This document shows, one piece after another, positions 1-8,844 of a DNA stretch of 64,000 nucleotides. The notes under the pieces were generated by a model that made no database searches, was not told the origin of the DNA, and saw only the letters and a program-made list of their open reading frames with translations. The position numbers were made by a program, and so were the translations under genes. The number at the start of each line of letters is the position of its first letter. Within the stretch, counting starts at the first letter, position 1. Source of the DNA: Deltaproteobacteria bacterium (GTDB lineage: Bacteria > Myxococcota_A > UBA9042 > PHBI01 > JACKFB01); contig JACKFB010000013.1 in assembly GCA_020632695.1 (NCBI GenBank), forward strand, positions 119 to 64,118, given 5' to 3'.

Positions 1-375
1 GCTCACCGCGTTCTCGTTCGCCCCGTCGACGGCCTGCACCTCCTTCAACGGTCCGGGCGCGTCGGCGAGTTGGAGGCCGGCGGCTACCACGGGGATGACA
101 TGGACTCCGGCCCCCCACGCCGCGCCGAGCTCGAACAGCACCCACCCCCGTTGGGCAGCATGCGGAGTCAGCAGACCGACGACGACTCGCGCGGCCCGAA
201 GCTCGGCGCGGAGCTCGGTCGAGGTATGCGCTCCAGCTTCGAGCCCATGACCGTCGACCGAGGTGCACCGAATCGCACCCGCGAGTGCCGGAAGCGCGCA
301 GCGAAGCAACCCTACGAAGCGCGTAGCGAGCGCCTCGTCGTCGTGTGCGTGGCTGATGACGACTTGGATTGGCAT
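1..375 (-). CDS. TIR-like domain protein (5' part only; C-terminus lies beyond window start)
   Basis: Minus-strand ATG at 375 reads MPIQVVISHAHDDEALATRFVGLLRCALPALAGAIRCTSVDGHGLEAGAHTSTELRAELRAARVVVGLLTPHAAQRGWVLFELGAAWGAGVHVIPVV..., matching the bacterial TIR_2 pattern (hhISHAxxD...L..L...G...D...h..G......h......hhhhhS..........E). Third-codon positions are strongly G/C. The frame stays open to position 1, so the ORF track could not list it. The plus-strand ORF 70..384 on the opposite strand looks spurious. Confidence 0.5.
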   Translation of the reverse strand, partial: MPIQVVISHAHDDEALATRFVGLLRCALPALAGAIRCTSVDGHGLEAGAHTSTELRAELRAARVVVGLLTPHAAQRGWVLFELGAAWGAGVHVIPVVAAGLQLADAPGPLKEVQAVDGANENAVS

Positions 376-426
376 AAGTCATGACTCCTTCGATGGGCCG
401 CACACCGCGCGACGGCGTTCGGCGGT

Positions 427-3400
427 CTAGGGCGCGTAGCTGCCGTCTTCGAGGTGGCGGAGGTGGCCGAGGGTGTGGAGGGTGGCCAGGATGTCGGCGA
501 CCTGGGGGGTCTTCGCGTTCTTGAAGGTGCGGGCCAGGGCCTCGGCGGTGGTCGGGGTGGGGTGGGTCTTCAGGGCGGCCTGGACGACCTCGAAGCGCTC
601 GACGATGCCGGCGGGCCAGTCGGGGCGCTCGGCGGGGGTGGCGGGCGCGGCCTCGTCGTCCTCGTCGTCCGCTTCGGCGGCCATGCTGAGCTGGGTCGCC
701 TCCTTCGGAGCCTGGTAGTCGGGGCGCAGATAGCGCACCAGCCCGCGGGCCTCCTCTTCGGCGCGCTCGGCGTTCAGGGCGACCAGGCGCTCCAGCAGCT
801 CCTCGTCGCTCAGCGTCACCGGCCAGCCGTAGGCCGCGAAGACCGCCGCGTCCAGGTCGTCGTGGAGCTTCAGCAGCAGCGAGCAGAGTCCCTGCTCGTG
901 CACCTTCTTGTCCTTGGCCGTCAGCGCCGTGCCCGCCCGCAGCTTCTCCAGCACGTTGTACATGGCCGTCATCGTGAGGTCGGGGTGGGCGGCCTGACGC
1001 GCCTTCCGGTGGGCGTCCAGGGCCTCGGCCTGCTCGCGGATGGCCTGCGCCTGGGTCTCGGTCGGGGCGGGGAAGGGGAAGGGGTCGAAGCAGGGGCCGC
1101 TCTGATATCTGGGTCGGTCTTCCAGGGTGCCTCCTGCGGACAACGCCCATATCAGATGCGGTCGGCTCGAAAGCACGCCCAGCGCGAGTGCGTCGTCGCT
1201 CCCGACCACGTACAGCGAGGCGTCTGGAACGGTGGGTGCGTTCACGAAGACGAATGGCCGGTGCTTTGCGACTTCGGGAGTCACGATGAAGCGGCGCAGT
1301 CCGGCCAGACTACTCCGCATGCGCTGGTTGGAGCGTCCGAAGAGCCACCAGCGGAGCCGCCGCTGTTTGTCGCGGTTCTGCAAGCGCAAGGGTCGGACCG
1401 TGTCGAACACCACCTGATAGGCAGCGGGGTCGTGCCGCCGTGCTGAATCCTCGTCGTATCCGTCGAAGTCGATGACATGGAGGGCGCGGGTTCGCTGAAC
1501 CAGGTCCCTGTTGCTGATGAATGGCTTCACCACTGAGGTTCCGGCCCCAGTGAGACGGTCGACTTCATCGGGCCCAACCAAGAATCCGTCGCCCACCAGT
1601 TTCACCCCTTGCTGGCACATGCCTGCGTTTGCTCGCAGGGCAAGGGCGGCAGTGACGGCGGCGCCGATCGAGACGTCTGGGTGGATTTGTCCTCTGCGCT
1701 CCGAAAGCGCGACCTCGACCTCGCCGTCGGGACCCGGCCGTTCGGCAACGACTTGCGCCAGCGTCCCTTGGTCCGCATCTGCGCTGAACACTGTCATCGC
1801 GATTCGAACCGCAGCCCCATTCGCGCTGTCGACCCAAGGGTGGTCAGGGATGGCGAACAGAAGCGCCCCCTCATCGAGATGGCGCTCCAACACCGCCCGG
1901 TTGAACACCTGCGTGATGCTGTTGGTGGTAACGAATCCGAACCTACGCGCCCGTCCTCCGCGAACTTCTAGTGCGGCCCGCTCCCACCAATACATCACTA
2001 GATCGATCGTGCTGGGCAGTTCTGGATAGGCCGAGCGAAGCGCCTCGACGTAGTCATCGCCCAATGCCACCCTCATTCGCTTGTTGCCAATGTATGGCGG
2101 GTTTCCGACGATGAAGTCGGCCTCCGGCCACTCGGCCTTGCGCGGGTTGGTGTAGCGATAGACCGGCACTCGCGCCGAGTCGTCGGGGACGTCCTTCCCC
2201 GTCACCGGGTGCTTCTTCATCGTCTCGCCGTCCCAGCGGGTCACCGGCGCGCCGTGCTCGTCGAGCACCAGCTCCTCGGCGTCCCAGGCCAGCACGGCGT
2301 CGCGGTGCTCGATGTTGTGGAAGTCGCGCAACACGGGCTCGGCCGGGGCGACCTTGCCGTGCTGGCGGTAGTGCCACTGCAGGTAGCCTATCCACAGCAC
2401 CAGCTCGGCGATGGGCACGGCTCTGGGGTTCTTCTCGATGCCCAGGAACTGGTGCGGGTCCACGGTGGCGCCCGCCAGGTCCAGGGCCTGCTTGGCAAAC
2501 CCTATGTCGGCCAGGGTCTCGATGACCTCGCCCTCGAGCCGCTTCATGTGCTCCAGGGTGATGTAGAGGAAGTTGCCGGTGCCGCAGGCCGGATCCAGGA
2601 CCCGGGTCTGGCAGAGCTTGCGGCGGAACCCGTTGAGCAGCCCGAGAGCCTCCTTGCGCCACGCGGCGAGCTGGTCCTTGCGCTTGCTTCTCTTGGCCAA
2701 CAACGCGCTCGCCGCCGCCTTGACGTTCTGCCAGTCCTCGCGGAGCGGCTCGATGACCGTCGGGAAGACCAGGCGCTCGACGTAGGCGCGCGGCGTGAAG
2801 TGGGCGCCCAGGCTGTGGCGCTCCTTGGCGTCGAGCGCGCGCTCCAGCAGCGTTCCGAAGATCGCCGGCTCGACCTGGCTCCAGTCGGAGTTCGCCGCCG
2901 CGATGAGCAGGTCGATCTGCGGGGTGTCCAGCGGCAGCGCCGAGGCGTCGTGGAAGAAGCGCCCGTTGAAGCGCAGCACGGTCTGGCGGAGCGCCGCCGA
3001 GAAGCCGCCGCGGTCCATCTCGCGCCACAGGGCCTCCAGCATGCTGGCGAGGCCCTGGGGGTTGTCGCGCATGTCGGTGAGCAGGCGCGTGAAGCTGTGT
3101 TCGGGGAGCAGCCCCACATCCTCGGCGAACATGGTGAAGATGCAGCGCATGAGGAAGTCGGCGACCGGCTCGGCGCCGTGCTGTTGTTTCTCCAGCGAGG
3201 TTGCCAGGGCGGCGAGGCGCTCGGCGACGGCGGTGGTGACGCGGGCGGCGTGGCGGCTCGGGTCGAGCGCCATCGGGTCCAGCCAGATGGAGCGCAGGCG
3301 CTGGCGGACGGCCTCGCTCTCGAGGTCTTCGAGCAAGAACCGGTGGCTCTGCGGGTCGGGGAAGGGCAGGTAGGCCTTCCCGTCGCGGGCGAAGTTGGCG

Positions 3401-3885
3401 TAGAGCGCGAAGGCGTGACCGACGTCGACCACGACCAGGAAGACCGGCCACTCAGGCAGCGCGCGGGCGTACTGCGCGGCCTGGCCGTAGGCGCGCTCCA
3501 TGGCGAGCGACCAGGCGGCGGTACCGCGGACGGCGGCGCCGCGCTTGTGGCGGATGGGGGCGGCCAGGGGCACCGAGGGGACGGGCAGGGCGCCGGGTGA
3601 CTCGGCGCCCTGCTTGGCCTCCAGCACGAAGCAGCCGCGCTTGTAGAGGTCGATGCGGCCGCTGCTGGTGCTGCCGTCGCCGTGCTTGAAGGTGACGTCT
3701 TTTTCGAAGACGTAGGTGTTCTCGGCGGGGTCCTCGCTGGCGACCTTGGGGTCCGGCAGCGGGAGGTCGAGCAGGGTGCACAGCTCGCGAGCGAAGGACT
3801 GCGCGTTGCCCAGCTCCGAGCCGCCCGAGGCGCGCCAGCGGGTGATGAAGGCTTGGACGGCCGGGGGGTCGGGGGTGGGGGGCAT
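427..3885 (-). CDS. Type IIG restriction-modification enzyme / N6-adenine DNA methyltransferase, MmeI family (or BREX PglX-like)
   Basis: ORF 427..4218. The first 111 codons are Pro/Arg-rich low complexity, so the likely start is the ATG at 3885 (MPPTPDPPAVQAFITRWRAS...). The N-terminal nuclease-like motif RIDLYKRGCFVLEAKQG fits D-x9-ExK. SAM motif I is DPACGTGNFLY. Motif IV is FIVGNPPYIG (NPPY, N6-adenine methylase). A ~450 aa C-terminal target-recognition region follows. Single-chain architecture of about 1150 aa. Confidence 0.8.
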   Translation of the reverse strand: MPPTPDPPAVQAFITRWRASGGSELGNAQSFARELCTLLDLPLPDPKVASEDPAENTYVFEKDVTFKHGDGSTSSGRIDLYKRGCFVLEAKQGAESPGALPVPSVPLAAPIRHKRGAAVRGTAAWSLAMERAYGQAAQYARALPEWPVFLVVVDVGHAFALYANFARDGKAYLPFPDPQSHRFLLEDLESEAVRQRLRSIWLDPMALDPSRHAARVTTAVAERLAALATSLEKQQHGAEPVADFLMRCIFTMFAEDVGLLPEHSFTRLLTDMRDNPQGLASMLEALWREMDRGGFSAALRQTVLRFNGRFFHDASALPLDTPQIDLLIAAANSDWSQVEPAIFGTLLERALDAKERHSLGAHFTPRAYVERLVFPTVIEPLREDWQNVKAAASALLAKRSKRKDQLAAWRKEALGLLNGFRRKLCQTRVLDPACGTGNFLYITLEHMKRLEGEVIETLADIGFAKQALDLAGATVDPHQFLGIEKNPRAVPIAELVLWIGYLQWHYRQHGKVAPAEPVLRDFHNIEHRDAVLAWDAEELVLDEHGAPVTRWDGETMKKHPVTGKDVPDDSARVPVYRYTNPRKAEWPEADFIVGNPPYIGNKRMRVALGDDYVEALRSAYPELPSTIDLVMYWWERAALEVRGGRARRFGFVTTNSITQVFNRAVLERHLDEGALLFAIPDHPWVDSANGAAVRIAMTVFSADADQGTLAQVVAERPGPDGEVEVALSERRGQIHPDVSIGAAVTAALALRANAGMCQQGVKLVGDGFLVGPDEVDRLTGAGTSVVKPFISNRDLVQRTRALHVIDFDGYDEDSARRHDPAAYQVVFDTVRPLRLQNRDKQRRLRWWLFGRSNQRMRSSLAGLRRFIVTPEVAKHRPFVFVNAPTVPDASLYVVGSDDALALGVLSSRPHLIWALSAGGTLEDRPRYQSGPCFDPFPFPAPTETQAQAIREQAEALDAHRKARQAAHPDLTMTAMYNVLEKLRAGTALTAKDKKVHEQGLCSLLLKLHDDLDAAVFAAYGWPVTLSDEELLERLVALNAERAEEEARGLVRYLRPDYQAPKEATQLSMAAEADDEDDEAAPATPAERPDWPAGIVERFEVVQAALKTHPTPTTAEALARTFKNAKTPQVADILATLHTLGHLRHLEDGSYAP

Positions 3886-4102
3886 CGGGACTCCGAGCGG
3901 TCGGGAGCGGCGGACGACTGACTCGAGGGGTCGGCGGCGAGCGTAGGCGAGGGCGGGGACGGGTCGCAAGGGGGCGCGGCGCGGCCCGGCGGTTGGCGGC
4001 CGGGGTGGGGTTGACGGGGTGCGGCGGGGCGTAGGACGCTGGCCCGGAGCCTCCCCATTCCGGGTCGGCTCCGAGCGATTGTCGACGACAAGGAGTGAGA
4101 CG

Positions 4103-4864
4103 ATGGCGGTGAGCAGGACGGACAGGGACCGGCGCATCCTCGGGGACCGGGTGGTCGCCCGGGCTGAGGAGTTCCGTGCCATCGATACGGCGGTCGGGCG
4201 GGTGCTCGACGGGTTCATCGCGCAGCACGTCGCGCTCGAGCAGCGGACGGCGGCGCGGTTGAAGGAAGAGGGCGACGATCAGAAGGCCAGGCGAGCGCGC
4301 GACGAGGCGGCGGGTGACGCGGTGCGGCTCTACACCTGGGCGTACTACCAGGCGCCGGCGATGCTCGGCGCGTCGTGGAGCGACGTGGTCGACGACCGCG
4401 ACATCGACCTGGTGCGGCAGCGGCTCTTCCCGCTCGGCCCGCCGAACGCGATTACCGTCAGCCACCAGCGGACGCTGGACGGCCTCATCCACCTGGGCGA
4501 GGCGCTGGGCCAGGGGGGGCTGGCCTTCCCGGATGCCTTCAAGGGCGATGTCGCCGCGACGCGGGACCGACTCTCGGCCGCTATCGACCGGGTCACGACC
4601 GACGCCGCGGAGACGAACGCGGCCACCGGCGCGCAGCTCGAGACGCGCGAGCGCTGGGACGTCCACTGGCAGGCCCTGCGGGACGTGACGGCGGCCTTTC
4701 TCCGGCTGGCCGGCGAGCTGTCGAGGCACGCCGGGCTCTTTCGGCCGCTCGCCCGCGCGGGTGGGGGCTCTGCAGCCGGCGCGCCGGGAGACGACGAGGT
4801 CACGCCCGGCGCCGACGGGCCGCTGGTGGGTGACGACGGGAGCGCTGTCGGCGCTGCGGTCTGA
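4103..4864 (+). CDS. Hypothetical protein
   Basis: ATG at 4103 is preceded by AGGAG 8 nt upstream (aggagtgagacgATG). Third-codon G/C is high throughout. No recognisable domain. Divergent from the methyltransferase gene. The track ORF 4019..4864 starts slightly earlier. Confidence 0.55.
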   Translation: MAVSRTDRDRRILGDRVVARAEEFRAIDTAVGRVLDGFIAQHVALEQRTAARLKEEGDDQKARRARDEAAGDAVRLYTWAYYQAPAMLGASWSDVVDDRDIDLVRQRLFPLGPPNAITVSHQRTLDGLIHLGEALGQGGLAFPDAFKGDVAATRDRLSAAIDRVTTDAAETNAATGAQLETRERWDVHWQALRDVTAAFLRLAGELSRHAGLFRPLARAGGGSAAGAPGDDEVTPGADGPLVGDDGSAVGAAV

Positions 4865-4914
4865 CGGGCCCCGGTCCTCGGACGTCCGACCGCGGGCCCT
4901 CGCACTGGGGGCAC

Positions 4915-5072
4915 GGCCGGTCGGGCGTCCAACCCGGGGTCCTGCCACGGGGGTGATGGCCGGTCGAGCGTCCAACCCGGGGTCCTCCCACGGGGACAGC
5001 GGCCGGTCGGGGGGTTGGGCCTGGGGTGCTCCCACGGGAGTGACGGCCGGTCGGGCGCTGGTCCTGCACGCG
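4915..5072. repeat. Tandem direct repeat, ~43-bp unit, about 3.6 copies (GGCCGGTCGGGCGTCCAACCCGGGGTCCTGCCACGGGGGTGAT and variants)
   Basis: Read directly in sequence: units begin at 4915, 4958, 5001 and 5045 (partial). Each unit contains an ACCCGGGGT near-palindrome. The region is intergenic. Confidence 0.7.
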
Positions 5073-5327
5073 AAAGCGAGATGGGAGCAACTCCAGGGCT
5101 CGGCCCGGATGGGGCGGGGCGCCCGCGAACGGAGCCTGAGGAGCGGCCGAACGGGGAGGCGCGACTCGGAGATGGAAGCAGCCGAATCGCGAGCGCGGGC
5201 GGATCTTTCCGCGGAAGGTTCCTCCGCTGTGCGCTGGCTGGATTGCTGGGGCGGAGCGGACCTCGACGGGACGCCGGCTCGGCGGCTTCGATGCTCCTTC
5301 GGCTGCAAAGGCGCGCGGGTTGGAGCT

Positions 5328-5591
5328 ATGCTCGGGACCATGAGGCCGCTCGACACCAGCGAGGAAGCTGCCGCCGTCCAAGCCGCCATCTGGAGGCGGA
5401 TGGGCGGACCCGCTCGGGTCGAGCTGGCGCTGCGGATGAGCGAGGATGCGCGCGCCATCACCCGCGCCGGCATCCGAGCCCGCCACCCGGAGTACGACGA
5501 GTCCGAGGTTCGCTTCGCGTTCTTCCGCCTGCTCCACGGAGACGAGATCTTCCGCGCCGCCTGGCCGACCGCGCCGCTACTGCCGCCGTGA
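5328..5591 (+). CDS. Small hypothetical protein (87 aa)
   Basis: C-terminal part of track ORF 4761..5591, starting at ATG 5328 (MLGTMRPLDTSEEAAAVQAAIWRRMGG...). Third-codon G/C is high and the text reads like protein rather than low complexity. No family recognised. Confidence 0.4.
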   Translation: MLGTMRPLDTSEEAAAVQAAIWRRMGGPARVELALRMSEDARAITRAGIRARHPEYDESEVRFAFFRLLHGDEIFRAAWPTAPLLPP

Positions 5592-5728
5592 GCGCCTCGT
5601 TCCTGGGCCGGCGCGCGAGGCCGACCGGCTCACTGAGCGCGCGCCGTGCGACGACGGCCTCCCTGCTCGCAGCCGGAACCCGTGCTCGCGTGGATGGTCG
5701 CCGGCTCCTTGGCCAGCACGTGCCACGG

Positions 5729-6007
5729 TCACTCCGGAGGCGTCTTCGCTGCCTGATGGTCATCCACGGGTGGCGCCGCCGACCGCGGGTGCAGGTAGGT
5801 CGCCGGGTCGTTCGCCCAGGCCTCGGTCTGGCGGTTGAGCTCTTCGATGTTGCGGTGCTTGTACACCCCCGCCGGGAAGCGGCGCGGGACGAGGCGGGCG
5901 GCCATGGCCTGGACGTACGCGAAGGTGCGGAGGCTCTCGAGGTCATTGGGTCTGCGGTTGTCGGCCGCCTTCATCTCCTCCACGCTGCGGAACTTGCGCA
6001 CCGGCAT
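5729..6007 (-). CDS. Small hypothetical protein (92 aa), translationally coupled partner of the upstream nucleotidyltransferase-fold gene
   Basis: ATG at 6007 (MPVRKFRSVEEMKAADNRRPNDLESLRTFAYVQAMAARLVPRRFPAGVYKHRNIEELNRQTEAWANDP...). It lies 3 nt after the stop of the upstream gene at 6010. Third-codon G/C is very high. Confidence 0.55.
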   Translation of the reverse strand: MPVRKFRSVEEMKAADNRRPNDLESLRTFAYVQAMAARLVPRRFPAGVYKHRNIEELNRQTEAWANDPATYLHPRSAAPPVDDHQAAKTPPE

Positions 6008-6009
6008 GC

Positions 6010-6513
6010 TCAGCCCTCCAAACCGAACGCTTCGGCGAGTCGCGTGGCGTCGACACGGTCCTTGGGGCGGACGGTCGACCGCTTCATCTGGTGGAGCATG
6101 CGGGGGGTCGCCACGCACACGCGCACGCCCTCGAAGGTCTTGAACTCCGCTTCGATGGCCGGGTAGTCGAACGCGTCTCCGAGCTTCGCGAGCAGGTCGA
6201 GGTGAAAGGGGCGTCCTGGCGGGATGTACTGTATCGCGGGGTACTCGCCGCGCATCTCGCTCGCGACGATCTCGTCGACGTTCGGGTCGTCGAAGAGCGT
6301 CCGCAGGGCTTCGCGGAGGCGCGCGATGTTGGTGTCGGTCGGGTCCACTAACAGATCGAGGTCTTCAGTCGCGCGGGCGAGGCCATGCAGGGCGAGCGCC
6401 GCGCCACCGATGACCTTGTAGTCCACCCCATGCTCGCCGAGGGACCTCAGGACCTGCAACATGGCGTCCACTTCCACGCGGCGACGATAGTCGAAGCACC
6501 GGGCCCCTACCAC
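6010..6513 (-). CDS. Minimal nucleotidyltransferase (MNT)-fold protein
   Basis: KVIGGAALALHGLARATEDLDLLVD carries the G[GS]-x9-13-DxD signature of the pol-beta/MNT nucleotidyltransferase fold. 167 aa, followed immediately by a small ORF, giving a toxin-antitoxin-like two-gene layout. Confidence 0.6.
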   Translation of the reverse strand: MVGARCFDYRRRVEVDAMLQVLRSLGEHGVDYKVIGGAALALHGLARATEDLDLLVDPTDTNIARLREALRTLFDDPNVDEIVASEMRGEYPAIQYIPPGRPFHLDLLAKLGDAFDYPAIEAEFKTFEGVRVCVATPRMLHQMKRSTVRPKDRVDATRLAEAFGLEG

Positions 6514-6549
6514 CCCCCGGGCAGGGGACCCGTGCCGGCGGGGACGGGG

Positions 6550-8757
6550 TCAGTCTGCGGTGGCGGTCGGTTCCCACGGCCTTCCTCGAGTGGCCGGGCG
6601 GACGCTCACCGGGACGCCGTTGAGGATCGAGGTGCCGATGACCGGCTCCACCAGCAGCTCGTCGGTGATGGCGTTGACGCTCTCGCCGGGCAGGGCGCCG
6701 GCGACGCGGAGGCGGTCCCGCGCCGAGGCGTGGCCGTAGCCGTGGGGGAGCGAGACGACGCCGGGCGTGATGGCGTCGCGCACCTCGAGGCGCGCGCGCA
6801 GTGAGCCCGTGCGGCTCGTCACCTCGACCGTCACGCCGTCGCTCAGGCCCAAGCTCGCGGCGTCTCGCGGATGCATCCACAGCGTCGCGCGGTCCTTGCC
6901 GGAGGCCAGCGAGGGCAGGTTGTGCATCCATGAGTTGTTGTCGCGCAGATGTCGCCGTCCGATCAGCACCAGCGGCTCGCGCGGGGCGTCCAGCCAGGCC
7001 TCCAGCCGCGGGAGGTCCGCCAGCAGCGGCTCGGGCGCCAGGCGGAGGCGCCCGTCCGGCGTGTGGACGCGGCGCGGCAGCTCGCCCGCTTTCAGGGGCC
7101 CCAGGTCGACGCCGTTCGGCTCGCGGGCCAGCCGCTCCAGGCGCAGGCGGTAGCGCCCGCGGCGGAGCAGCCAGTCGATGAGGCGCTCGGGCAGGCGCCG
7201 CGAAAGCCGCAGGACCAGTCTGCGCAGGTGCCGCACGCCGGGCAGCAGGCGGATGGCCAGCTCCGAGCAGATCTCCCAGTCGTCGCGCGTGTCCCCGGCC
7301 CTGGCGACGATGGGCGGCGAGTAGCGGGCCACGTTGCGTACGGTGAGGCCCAGCAGCACCAGGTCGTAGTTGCCGGACTCGAAGACGTGGGCCGTCGGCA
7401 GCACGTAGTGGGCGTGCCGGCTGGTCTCGTTGAGGTAGAGGTCGACGGCCACGACCAGGTCCAGCTTTCCCAAGGCGCGCTCGAGCCGCGGCCCGTTCGG
7501 CACCGAGAGCACGGGGTTGCCGGCGAGGCAGACCAGCGCGCGGATCTGCCCCGACCCGGGCGTCTCCATCTCCTCGGCCATCACCGACGAGGGCAGCGAG
7601 CCCAGGAACTCCGGCAGGCCGCGCACCCGCGAACGCCAGCGGCCATAGCGGTTGCCGACCAGCCGGCGCGCCAGCGGGCCGATGTCGGCGGCCGGCGCCG
7701 GGAACATCGCGCAGCCTTCGCGGTCCAGGTGGCCGGTCACCGCGTTCAGCGCCTCGACCAGCCACATGACCAGCGGCCCGAAGGCACTCTGGCAGGCGCC
7801 GAGGCGGCCGTAGACCACGGCGCGCGGCGTGTCGGCCAGGGCGTTCGCCAGCTCGCGGATGGTGGCCGGGGCGACGCCGATGGCCGCCGACACGCGCTCG
7901 GGCGCGAAGCGCGACGCCGCCTCCCGCAGCGCCTCGAGCCCGCCGGCGATCCGCGCCGTGGCCGCCTCGTCGATGCGCCCCCGCTCGAAGAGCTCGTGCA
8001 GCATCGCCAGCAACAGCGCCGCGTCGCCGCCGGGTCGGATGACGTGGTGCTCCGTCGCGGCCAGCTCCACGGTCTCGGTGCGCCGCGGATCGAAGACCAC
8101 CACCCGCCCGCCGCGCTCGCGCACGCCGCGCAGCCGGGCCCGCACGTCGCCCAGCCCCATCTGGCTGCCCCCGGTCACCGCCGGGTTGGCGCCCAGCACG
8201 ATGAGCAGGTCGGTGCGGTCGATATCGGGCACCGGCATCGCCAGGCCGTCGCCATGGACCTGCATCGCGGCGAAGAGCCGCGGGTTCGAGTCCTGGGAGT
8301 TCGGGTCGAAGCGGTTGCGGGTGCCCAGCGCGAGCTGCAGCACCTGAGAGCCCAGCGACGCGCGGTGGCTGTGGACCACCGGGTTGCCCACGTAGTAGCC
8401 GACGGCGTCACGCCCGTGCGCGCGGCGGATGGCCCGCAGCCGGGCAGCGATCTCGCCCATCGCCAGGTCCCAGGACACGGCCTCGAAGCTGCCGTCGGGG
8501 CGCCGCCGCAGCGGCGTCCGCAGGCGGTCCGGGTCCTCGCGCAGCTCGCGCAGCGCCGGGCCCTTGGGGCAGATGTGGCCGCGCGAGAACACGTCGTCGG
8601 GGTTGCCGCGGATCGCGAGCACGCGGTCGTGGGCGACCGTGACGTGCAGCCCGCAGAGCGCCTCGCACAGGTTGCAGGCGAAGGCGCGCGGGGCGGGGCT
8701 CGTGGACTCTTCGGCGTTCACGGCCGCAGGATACGCCGCCGCCGGGCCCCAACGCAT
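6550..8757 (-). CDS. Molybdopterin-dependent oxidoreductase (formate dehydrogenase / MopB family) with N-terminal 4Fe-4S Cys cluster
   Basis: Track ORF 6550..9498, trimmed to ATG 8757 (alternative GTG at 8720). The junk-like Arg/Pro N-terminus of the track ORF is excluded. Contains CNLCEALCGLHV, a C-x2-C-x3-C cluster. Long collinear MopB-like body (ICPKG, GANPAVTGG, CLAGNP) and a C-terminal molybdopterin dinucleotide-binding-like tail. Confidence 0.8.
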   Translation of the reverse strand: MRWGPAAAYPAAVNAEESTSPAPRAFACNLCEALCGLHVTVAHDRVLAIRGNPDDVFSRGHICPKGPALRELREDPDRLRTPLRRRPDGSFEAVSWDLAMGEIAARLRAIRRAHGRDAVGYYVGNPVVHSHRASLGSQVLQLALGTRNRFDPNSQDSNPRLFAAMQVHGDGLAMPVPDIDRTDLLIVLGANPAVTGGSQMGLGDVRARLRGVRERGGRVVVFDPRRTETVELAATEHHVIRPGGDAALLLAMLHELFERGRIDEAATARIAGGLEALREAASRFAPERVSAAIGVAPATIRELANALADTPRAVVYGRLGACQSAFGPLVMWLVEALNAVTGHLDREGCAMFPAPAADIGPLARRLVGNRYGRWRSRVRGLPEFLGSLPSSVMAEEMETPGSGQIRALVCLAGNPVLSVPNGPRLERALGKLDLVVAVDLYLNETSRHAHYVLPTAHVFESGNYDLVLLGLTVRNVARYSPPIVARAGDTRDDWEICSELAIRLLPGVRHLRRLVLRLSRRLPERLIDWLLRRGRYRLRLERLAREPNGVDLGPLKAGELPRRVHTPDGRLRLAPEPLLADLPRLEAWLDAPREPLVLIGRRHLRDNNSWMHNLPSLASGKDRATLWMHPRDAASLGLSDGVTVEVTSRTGSLRARLEVRDAITPGVVSLPHGYGHASARDRLRVAGALPGESVNAITDELLVEPVIGTSILNGVPVSVRPATRGRPWEPTATAD

Positions 8758-8844
8758 CCGCGGCGGGGCGCCTTGACCGCGCCGGGCGCCTTGGTAGGCT
8801 CGGCGCGTCCCCAAGGCGGTGCGTGATCGAACGGGAGGTGGCCC

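Noticed and set aside
70-384. Track ORF 70..384 (+), 104 aa
   Set aside because: It is antisense to a better-supported minus-strand TIR-like frame that has coding-type third-position bias and a recognisable domain.
427-3885. Calling the locus a canonical type 1 BREX system
   Set aside because: No brxC, pglZ or brxL-like genes lie on either side within the window. The downstream neighbour is a TIR-like gene. The upstream neighbour is a divergent hypothetical. The call is therefore left as MmeI-family or PglX-like.
2054-4091. Long ORFs 2054..3451 (-), 2209..3600 (+), 2544..4091 (-) and others inside the methylase-nuclease gene
   Set aside because: These are alternative-frame or antisense ORFs typical of 70%+ GC DNA, with Arg/Pro/Ala/Gly low-complexity translations. 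The methylase frame has motifs I and IV and an MmeI-like N-terminus.
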